Source of the DNA: Bacteroidota bacterium
GTDB taxonomy: Bacteria; Bacteroidota; Bacteroidia; JABEUT01
Assembly: GCA_013289165.1 (NCBI GenBank)
Contig: JABDAL010000003.1
Span: forward strand, 6,726-70,725
Direction of reading: 5' to 3'
DNA length: 64,000 bases
Under the pieces are notes generated by a model. It saw only the letters and a list, made by a program, of their open reading frames with translations, was not told the DNA's origin and did not search any database. Numbering within the stretch: position 1 is the stretch's first letter; every line of letters begins with the position of its first letter. Shown here in pieces: positions 57,821 through 64,000 of the stretch. The translations under genes and the position numbers were made by a program.

Positions 57821-60163
57821 ATGAAATTAAAGGGTTACCTGGTATTGTTTTTATCGGTTTCAGTATGCAGTACTTGTCTACAGTCCCAAAGTGTGGGCTT
57901 AGTGTTAAGTGGCGGCGGAGCAAGCGGAATAGCACACATCGGGGTAATTAAGGCCCTTGAAGAAAACCATATTCCTATTGATTATATCACCGGAACCTCT
58001 ATGGGAGCTTTTATCGGAGCTTTATATGCTGCCGGATACACTCCCGATGAGATGGAAAAATTAGTGATGTCTCCCCGCTTCCAGGGCATTGCAAAAGGAA
58101 CCATTGAAAATAAATACATCTATTATTTTAAACAGAAACCCGCGGATGCTTCTTGGATTTCTGTTCGCCTTGACATTGATTCGAACCTTATAACGAGTAT
58201 CCCTACCCATCTCATTTCTCCTATCCCTGTTGATTTTGAAGTGTTGAGATATTTTTCACAAGCTTCTTCGGTTTCCCACGGAAATTTCGACAGCCTTTTT
58301 ATTCCCTTCCGCTGTGTAGCTGCTGACATTATGGCAAAAAAACCCTATATTTTTCATAAGGGTAATTTAGGTGAAGCTGTACGTGCCTCCATTTCCTATC
58401 CCTTTTTCCTTAAACCTGTTATGATAGGCGACAAAATGCTTTTCGACGGAGGACTCTATAATAATTTTCCGCTGGATATTATGAAGAACAGCTTCAGCCC
58501 CGGTATAACTATTGGAAGCAACGTATCAGGCAACATCCCCCCTCCAACAGAAGACAATATTCTTTCTGAAATCAAAACCATGTTAATGACAAAAACAAAT
58601 TATTCACTCGATTCGGGTATAAATGGATTGATTATTACTCCCGGCGTGGAAGCCGGTATACTCTCTACTGACCATCCCAAGGCCCTTATAGATAGTGGAT
58701 ATAATGCCACGATGAGAGCAATGCCAACCCTTTTAAAAATGATTGCCAGGAGAACAGACTCTGCCACCCTGAATGCAAAGCGAAAGGCATTTATTAGCAA
58801 AGAACATCCACTGATAATCAAAAATATTAATATATATGGCCTCACCCAGCCACAGAGCCGTTATATCAAAAACATTTTAGAGGGAAATTACGACACGCTT
58901 GGAATTAAAAAACTGGAAACAAAATATTACCGTATTGCCACCGATAACAATATTCACAGTACGCTGCCCCTGGCCCATTATAATGATTCTTCCGGGTACT
59001 ATGATCTTAACCTTTCAATGAAAAGAGAAAAACGTTTTTCTTTGAGTTTTGGAGGTGATTTTTCTACCCGTCCTATCAGTGAAGGTTTCGTGGGAGCGGA
59101 ATACGACCCCTTCGGCAGGGAAGAAATAGAGCTGCAGGGAAATGGATATTTTGGTAAACTATATACCTCCCTGTCGGGTAGTGGCAGGATATATTTCGCC
59201 GGGCCTTTTCCTTTCTATCTCGAATCGGCGATTGTCTATAATAACTATGATTATTTTTCAAGCAGCATTGATTTTTATACCGGTGTGCAGCCGCCTTATC
59301 TTGTTACTTATGAAGGTTACGGCAAGTTAGATATGGGTATATCTGCCGGAAATAAAACCAAGATAGAAGTGGGCGGGTATTACACCAATATTAGTGATAA
59401 TTATTACGTAAATCCTAATGATAATTATAGTGTAGTTGATACGGCGGACCAAATTTCATTTAATGCTTACTCTGCCTATTTCCGTTACGAAATGAATTCT
59501 CTGAATGCAAAAGAATATGCAAGTTCCGGGCACAGGATAATGTTCCAGGCACAATTTGTAGACGGAAGAGAAAGTTTTATTCCGGGTAATCTTGATGCTC
59601 CCGTTGTACCAAAAGTATTAGACCAATTACGTTATTGGGAGCAGTTTAAAGTCGTTTTCGACAATTATTATTTGGGTAAAGGATTAATACGTTTTGGCAC
59701 CTATATTGAGGGAGTGTATTCAAATGAGGGAGTGTATTCAAGCCAGGTTGCATTTGATTATTATCGGTCAGCTATTCTTACGGCTCCTGCTTTTCAGCCT
59801 ACCCCGGAAACGATGACATTATTTCTCCCTAATTACAGGGCATTTAATTATGTTGCAGGTGGCCCCAAACTAATTACCAGTTTCAAATCTATTTTCGATT
59901 TCCGGCTCGAAGCGTATATATTTCTCCCTTACCAGGCCATAGAAGAAACAACCAATTACAGGGTTACACTTACTGGCCCCTTTGCCGTTAAAAACTATGT
60001 AGCTGTGGCTGCTCTCGTTTATCACTCTCCTATTGGACCTATGAGCATAAGCCTGAATTACTTTAATAATAATACCACTTCTTCCACAACTATTAATTTT
60101 AGCTCACTGAGTGTTTTCTTTCATGTGGGATATATTCTGTTCAATGAGAAATCTATTTATTGA
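57821..60163 (+). CDS. patatin-like phospholipase with a long C-terminal beta-rich (outer-membrane-like) domain
   Basis: Signal peptide, oxyanion GGGASGIAH, nucleophile elbow GTSMGA, and catalytic DGG. This is followed by ~450 aa of aromatic-rich beta sequence. I prefer the ATG at 57821 over the track's TTG at 57794. Confidence 0.82.
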   Translation: MKLKGYLVLFLSVSVCSTCLQSQSVGLVLSGGGASGIAHIGVIKALEENHIPIDYITGTSMGAFIGALYAAGYTPDEMEKLVMSPRFQGIAKGTIENKYIYYFKQKPADASWISVRLDIDSNLITSIPTHLISPIPVDFEVLRYFSQASSVSHGNFDSLFIPFRCVAADIMAKKPYIFHKGNLGEAVRASISYPFFLKPVMIGDKMLFDGGLYNNFPLDIMKNSFSPGITIGSNVSGNIPPPTEDNILSEIKTMLMTKTNYSLDSGINGLIITPGVEAGILSTDHPKALIDSGYNATMRAMPTLLKMIARRTDSATLNAKRKAFISKEHPLIIKNINIYGLTQPQSRYIKNILEGNYDTLGIKKLETKYYRIATDNNIHSTLPLAHYNDSSGYYDLNLSMKREKRFSLSFGGDFSTRPISEGFVGAEYDPFGREEIELQGNGYFGKLYTSLSGSGRIYFAGPFPFYLESAIVYNNYDYFSSSIDFYTGVQPPYLVTYEGYGKLDMGISAGNKTKIEVGGYYTNISDNYYVNPNDNYSVVDTADQISFNAYSAYFRYEMNSLNAKEYASSGHRIMFQAQFVDGRESFIPGNLDAPVVPKVLDQLRYWEQFKVVFDNYYLGKGLIRFGTYIEGVYSNEGVYSSQVAFDYYRSAILTAPAFQPTPETMTLFLPNYRAFNYVAGGPKLITSFKSIFDFRLEAYIFLPYQAIEETTNYRVTLTGPFAVKNYVAVAALVYHSPIGPMSISLNYFNNNTTSSTTINFSSLSVFFHVGYILFNEKSIY
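59708..59743 (+). repeat. in-frame 18-nt tandem duplication inside the patatin gene
   Basis: GAGGGAGTGTATTCAAAT is followed by GAGGGAGTGTATTCAAGC (16 identical bases per unit), encoding EGVYSN-EGVYSS. Confidence 0.9.
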
Positions 60164-60181
60164 TAAATACCAGGTGTATAA

Positions 60182-61120
60182 ATGGGGAAAATAGTAAAGG
60201 CACACCTGGCATTGCTTATAGTTAACATAATTTATGGAGCAAATTACAGCATTGTAAAAAAACTGGCAGGATACATTGATCCCTATGCATTGGTTCTTAT
60301 AAGGGCTGTAGTCACCGGTATTCTCTTTTGGGTCTCCTCATTCCTGGTGCGTGATAAAAAAATTGAAAAGAAAGATTTTAGGAGGCTCATGTTGCTGGGT
60401 ATTTTTGCTATTGCACTCAATCAATTGCTATTTATCAAGGGGCTGTTTATGGGCAATGCCATTAATGCCTCTATCATAATGATATTTAGCCCCATAGTTG
60501 TTATCCTGATTGAAATACTTTTTTTAAAGGAGAAGGCCCCGTTAATACGTATAGCAGGCATTATAACCGGAGTGGCGGGTGCGTTTGTACTGCTCATCTT
60601 CCGTAAGCCCGGGGCAACCGGCAGTAATCTGTTTATAGGTGATATTTTGATACTGATAAATTGTATCTCATGGTCTATTTATATGGTTATGGTAAGATCG
60701 CTCATGGTAAAATACAAAACGGTAACGGTTGTTAAATGGATTTTTTTATTCGGCTCTATTTATGTGCTGCCTTTTGGTTGGCCGGGCATCAACTCTTTTA
60801 ACTTAGCCGGCATGGGTACATTTCAATGGGGATGCCTTACCTATGTGGTAGTGGCAAGTACGTTTATTGCATATTTTTTAAATACCTATGCACTCAAAGA
60901 ATTAAGCGCGTCTATTGCCAGCACCTATATTTATTTGCAACCGATTATTGCTTCTATTGTTGCCATTGCATTAAACCAGGATAGTATAGATGCCATAAAA
61001 ATAATTTCAGCTTTACTCATTATCACGGGGATATTCCTGGTGGGCTTGAGCAGGAATGAATCGCGGAAAGCAGTAGTAGTGGTAGTAAATTCCGGTGACA
61101 AGTCAGACGCCGGAGATTGA
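60182..61120 (+). CDS. DMT-superfamily (EamA) transporter
   Basis: 312-aa ORF with ten hydrophobic helices in two EamA-like halves. Confidence 0.78.
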   Translation: MGKIVKAHLALLIVNIIYGANYSIVKKLAGYIDPYALVLIRAVVTGILFWVSSFLVRDKKIEKKDFRRLMLLGIFAIALNQLLFIKGLFMGNAINASIIMIFSPIVVILIEILFLKEKAPLIRIAGIITGVAGAFVLLIFRKPGATGSNLFIGDILILINCISWSIYMVMVRSLMVKYKTVTVVKWIFLFGSIYVLPFGWPGINSFNLAGMGTFQWGCLTYVVVASTFIAYFLNTYALKELSASIASTYIYLQPIIASIVAIALNQDSIDAIKIISALLIITGIFLVGLSRNESRKAVVVVVNSGDKSDAGD

Positions 61121-61173
61121 CAGGCAGGGCTCAGGGTATCATTCCCTTCACTATCTTTGGGAAAAAATAAGCT

Positions 61174-62037
61174 ATGCTACAATCCATGACGGGATACGGG
61201 AGTGCTTCAGCCCGTGTAGGCGGAAAGAAGATTGATATAGAAATTCGCTCACTCAACAGCAAACAGCAGGATATCAATTTGCGGCTTCCTTTTATGTATA
61301 ATAAAGCTGAACCCGGTATACGCTCTGTAATTGCAGAAACGTTGGAACGGGGGAAAATAGATATTTCCATCAATATTTCGAATGGGAAAGGGAGTGGAAC
61401 AACTTCCTTAAATAAGGAAGTGGCGCGCCATTACTATAACCAAATGAAATCGTTTGCAAAGGAAATAAATGAGAAAAATGTACAGTATATGCCGTTGCTT
61501 TCTCAAATCCCTGATTTGTTTAAAATGGAAGAAACAGTTAATGAACATGAAATAGAAGCCGTTGTTGCATTGGTAAGTAAAGCTGCCCAGGCAGCAGCAA
61601 AATTCAGGCAGGCAGAGGGAAAAGAACTGGCAAAGGATATACAGGCAAACTTGTTGAGCATTGAAAAAAAGGCCGACGAAGTTGAAAAATTAGACATAGA
61701 AAGAATACCCCGGCTGAAAGAAAAACTGAAAGCAAAAGTTACGGAAGATATAAGTGGTAAAATTGACATGAATCGCTTTGAGCAGGAGATTATCTACTAT
61801 ATTGAAAAGTTTGACATAAACGAAGAAAAAGCGCGTTTGAAAACCCACTGTGCTTATTTCCGACAAAACTTGCACGAACAAAATGGGGGCAGAAAACTCG
61901 GTTTTATTACACAGGAAATAGGGCGTGAAATAAATACCATAGGCTCTAAAGCAAATGATTCAGGAATACAAAAATTAGTAGTGGAAATGAAAGATGAATT
62001 GGAGAAAATAAAAGAGCAGCTTCTGAATGTTCTATAA
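61174..62037 (+). CDS. yicC: YicC/YloC-family endoribonuclease
   Basis: 287-aa ORF with the N-terminus MLQSMTGYG and the C-terminal QEIGREINTIGSKAND motif of the YicC family. Confidence 0.85.
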   Translation: MLQSMTGYGSASARVGGKKIDIEIRSLNSKQQDINLRLPFMYNKAEPGIRSVIAETLERGKIDISINISNGKGSGTTSLNKEVARHYYNQMKSFAKEINEKNVQYMPLLSQIPDLFKMEETVNEHEIEAVVALVSKAAQAAAKFRQAEGKELAKDIQANLLSIEKKADEVEKLDIERIPRLKEKLKAKVTEDISGKIDMNRFEQEIIYYIEKFDINEEKARLKTHCAYFRQNLHEQNGGRKLGFITQEIGREINTIGSKANDSGIQKLVVEMKDELEKIKEQLLNVL

Positions 62038-62135
62038 ATATTGTCCAATTTCAATAGGCACCACGGAGTATACAAATTTTGTGTTAATCTGCGATAAGAT
62101 AACTTTCGGGTAATTTTTGTCTCTCTATTTAAAAG

Positions 62136-62143
62136 TATTTTTG
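62136..62143 (+). promoter_or_regulatory. Bacteroidota -7 promoter box (TAnnTTTG)
   Basis: TATTTTTG lies 19 nt upstream of the ATG at 62162. Confidence 0.45.
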
Positions 62144-62161
62144 CGAAGTTAATTGGACGGA

Positions 62162-62731
62162 ATGAATGGTAAATTAGTAATAGTAGCAGGCCCTTCAGGT
62201 TCAGGAAAAACAACCATAGTGAGGCATTTATTGGGTGTTTATCCACGGCTTGCTTTTTCCATTTCAGCCTCCAGCAGGCAAAAGCGGGAAGGGGAGATAG
62301 ATGGAGAAGACTATTATTTTCTTTCGGTGGAAGAGTTTAAAAAAAGAATTAAAAATGGAGAGTTCCTGGAATGGGAGGAAGTATATCCCGGTAGCTATTA
62401 CGGCACTTTGCGCACCGAAGTAGAAAGACTGTGGAAAGCCGGCAGGGATGTTATTTTTGATATTGATGTGAAAGGAGCCATGAATTTGAAAAAGCATTAT
62501 CCTGGCTGTTCACTCGCTGTTTTTATTCAGCCACCTTCGCTGGAAGTGTTGGAACAGCGTCTCCGCCTCCGGCAAACCGAATCTGCTGATTTTTTTCAGC
62601 AACGCATTGGTAAAGCAAAGGAGGAGTTATCCTATGCGGCAAAGTTTGACCACATTATTCAAAATTATGGCTTGCAGGAAGCCTTTGCGGAAGCCGAGAA
62701 GTTAATAGGAGATTTTCTTTCTACATTTTAA
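62162..62731 (+). CDS. gmk: guanylate kinase
   Basis: P-loop GPSGSGKTT, SRQKREGEIDGEDYYF and the guanylate-kinase core. I prefer the ATG at 62162 over the track's TTG at 62153. Confidence 0.92.
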   Translation: MNGKLVIVAGPSGSGKTTIVRHLLGVYPRLAFSISASSRQKREGEIDGEDYYFLSVEEFKKRIKNGEFLEWEEVYPGSYYGTLRTEVERLWKAGRDVIFDIDVKGAMNLKKHYPGCSLAVFIQPPSLEVLEQRLRLRQTESADFFQQRIGKAKEELSYAAKFDHIIQNYGLQEAFAEAEKLIGDFLSTF

Positions 62732-62811
62732 TTACCCCTTGGAGTTCCCTCATTCTCATCATAGTATTTACTTGACCCGGCGGCTTCACCGTATTTATAT
62801 GCGGTTACAGG

Positions 62812-62875
62812 CTTTACTTTGTATCATTTCCTGAACCCCATAATTGGCTGTGTAAGAACACTTGTAATACACTTG
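62812..62875 (-). pseudogene. relic of the 3' end of a paralog of the 63404..63913 gene
   Basis: On the minus strand it reads QVYYKCSYTANYGVQ and then is frameshifted. Compare ..DLYAYISANYGVQVNDK* at the end of the 169-aa gene. The DNA ..CCAATTATGGGGTTCAGG-AAATGATA..AGTAA aligns with ..CTAATTACGGGGTTCAGGTAAATGATAAGTAA. It is preceded by an in-frame TAA at 62876-62878. Confidence 0.6.
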
Positions 62876-62915
62876 TTACGCCGCTTTGCTGCAAGGTCAT
62901 AACACATTTTTTAAT

Positions 62916-63386
62916 TTACTCGGAAAATCTTATCTCTTTGGTTTTTGATATTATCTCACCCGTTTCTTTAAATATAATATCAAACCATGCCCCATCTTTA
63001 TAATCACGAATCATATAAGATATTTCTCCTTTAAAGTTAATATTCTTTTCTGAACACCCGGTATCAAATTTAACCGTCTTTGATGTATTCTGTTTCATAT
63101 ATCTTAATATTGTATCGGGTAATGGGTTTAAAGAAAAATAATAATACGTTTTAACCAGGATATTAGCATTGGTATCAAAAGTTAATTGCATTTCTCCATC
63201 AAATTCTGGACAATTACATATTATTAGTATGTCTTGGGTTCTGCCATGTGGTCCATTCCAACCATAAATTTTTCCATTAGGATATAATGAATCAATTTTT
63301 GCTTTATTTTTTGGTTTTACTCCCTGCGACCGAACGCAGAATGAAAAAGTAAGAATGAAAAATAGAATAACCTTTATTGTTTTCAT
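62916..63386 (-). CDS. small secreted hypothetical protein
   Basis: 156-aa ORF with the signal peptide MKTIKVILFFILTFSFCVRSQG. The mature part is beta-rich and no family was recognised. Confidence 0.6.
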   Translation of the reverse strand: MKTIKVILFFILTFSFCVRSQGVKPKNKAKIDSLYPNGKIYGWNGPHGRTQDILIICNCPEFDGEMQLTFDTNANILVKTYYYFSLNPLPDTILRYMKQNTSKTVKFDTGCSEKNINFKGEISYMIRDYKDGAWFDIIFKETGEIISKTKEIRFSE

Positions 63387-63424
63387 GTTAGTGTTTTCAC
63401 ACCTTACTTATCATTTACCTGAAC
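63337..63424 (-). repeat. gene-junction plus signal-peptide cassette, copy 1
   Basis: Near-identical to 63921-63980 apart from two 14-nt insertions (period-14 duplications at 63338-63362 and 63378-63399) and two base substitutions. It spans the last six codons and stop of the upstream gene and the first ~12 codons of the downstream gene. Confidence 0.85.
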
Positions 63425-63956
63425 CCCGTAATTAGCACTTATATATGCATAAAGATCGGCAAGGGTAGAAAAATATTCGGTTATTCTATAATCAGGGTTT
63501 TTGTTTATTACTCCGTTTGTTGCTTTTATTCCATCGTAATAACTTAAGGTTTTTGTATTGGAGTTTGCATAACAGGATTGCGTAATGCCTTTAGTCTTAT
63601 CCCAACACAAATACAATCCCTGAACAGGGGGAATGGAATATCCTTCTGCACTTTTATATGATTCGATACCGTTGGGTCCTTTATATGTATCTCCTGGGGC
63701 GGGTGTAAATATCTCAATAGTGCCTTTTTGTATATTTCCCTTAATTACTTTTTTAACCTCCACCAAATAAGCGTAAAAATTAGCATAAGTATATTCACCT
63801 GTTTTTATAGTAAAATATTTGGAAGAATCAACTTTCCCCTCAAAAACATAGGTTGCTTTCATGATCGAATTGCATTGTGCCTTTTTATCAGCTTCATCAG
63901 TCTGTGCCTTCAAGGAAATACAGAATGAAAAATAGAATAACCTTTATTGTTTTCAC
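63404..63956 (-). pseudogene. secreted hypothetical protein whose signal-peptide exon-like 5' end is out of frame with its body
   Basis: The body is the track ORF 63404..63913 (169 aa, TTG start). GTG at 63956-63954 opens MKTIKVILFFILYFLEGTD*, the same leader as the neighbouring gene, but in another frame. Restoring the 14 nt present in copy 1, or removing one T from the T5 run, gives a continuous MKTIKVILF..SFCISLKAQTDEADKK... Confidence 0.5.
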
Positions 63957-63980
63957 ACTTTACTTATCATTTACTTGAAC
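63921..63980 (-). repeat. gene-junction plus signal-peptide cassette, copy 2
   Basis: CAGAATGAAAAATAGAATAACCTTTATTGTTTTCACACTTTACTTATCATTTACTTGAAC. See copy 1. Confidence 0.85.
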
Positions 63981-64000
63981 TAGTATGAATTTTGAATTAT
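63963..64000 (-). CDS. 3' end of a further paralogous gene running off the window
   Basis: The minus strand reads ..NSKFILVQVNDK* with the stop at 63960-63962. This is the same VQVNDK* terminus as the 169-aa gene. Confidence 0.5.

Overview
This window reads as a Bacteroidota chromosome segment. The evidence is a GldB-like gliding lipoprotein, a T9SS-type C-terminal sorting domain, many TAnnTTTG -7 promoter boxes, and ECF sigma and beta-barrel OMP modules. Most of it is compact housekeeping DNA. From left to right it contains:
- bioF-like, a glutaryl-CoA dehydrogenase-like gene, rsmA, gldB, a UvrD/PcrA-family helicase and kdsA.
- An ECF sigma / anti-sigma / CpxP-like / large beta-barrel module.
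- typA.
- A TPP-riboswitch-controlled thiS-thiC-thiD-thiE-thiG-thiH-thiF operon, plus a convergent thiE paralog.
- uppP.
- A YHYH-domain protein, MbnP and MbnH (di-haem) trio.
- A beta-oxidation operon (fadB-like, thiolase, long acyl-CoA dehydrogenase) interrupted by a GT-C-like membrane protein.
- A contiguous menF-menD-menB-menA-menC-menE cluster.
- ftsE, an NlpC/P60 peptidase, a second thiolase, an MFS transporter, a glutathionylspermidine-synthase-like ATP-grasp enzyme, a CBS-domain cystathionine beta-synthase-like enzyme, a patatin/beta-barrel protein, an EamA transporter, yicC and gmk.

I saw no rRNA, tRNA, CRISPR array, transposase or integrase.

I could not find a complete, obviously novel multi-gene system. 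The stretches that ordinary annotation does not explain are:
1. A 420-bp spacer carrying six copies of a CCGTGACATA word (7411-7830).
2. An A+T-rich orphan gene for a roughly 840-aa protein (N-terminal module, coiled coil, TPR array). It is bracketed by copies of one palindromic element and is broken by an in-frame TAG and a frameshift (14.1-16.8 kb). A structured, repeat-containing 370-bp non-coding stretch follows it.
3. A small membrane-anchored His/Tyr/Cys-rich protein inside the ECF module.
4. A tandem array of small secreted-protein genes at the right edge (62.7-64.0 kb). These genes share a near-identical gene-junction plus signal-peptide cassette, carry 14-nt indels, and sit next to a decayed gene relic.

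Data-quality caveat: three genes are split by single-base deficits that all lie in A/T homopolymers. This looks more like an assembly artefact than biology. All family assignments come from reading motifs in the translations, not from database searches.
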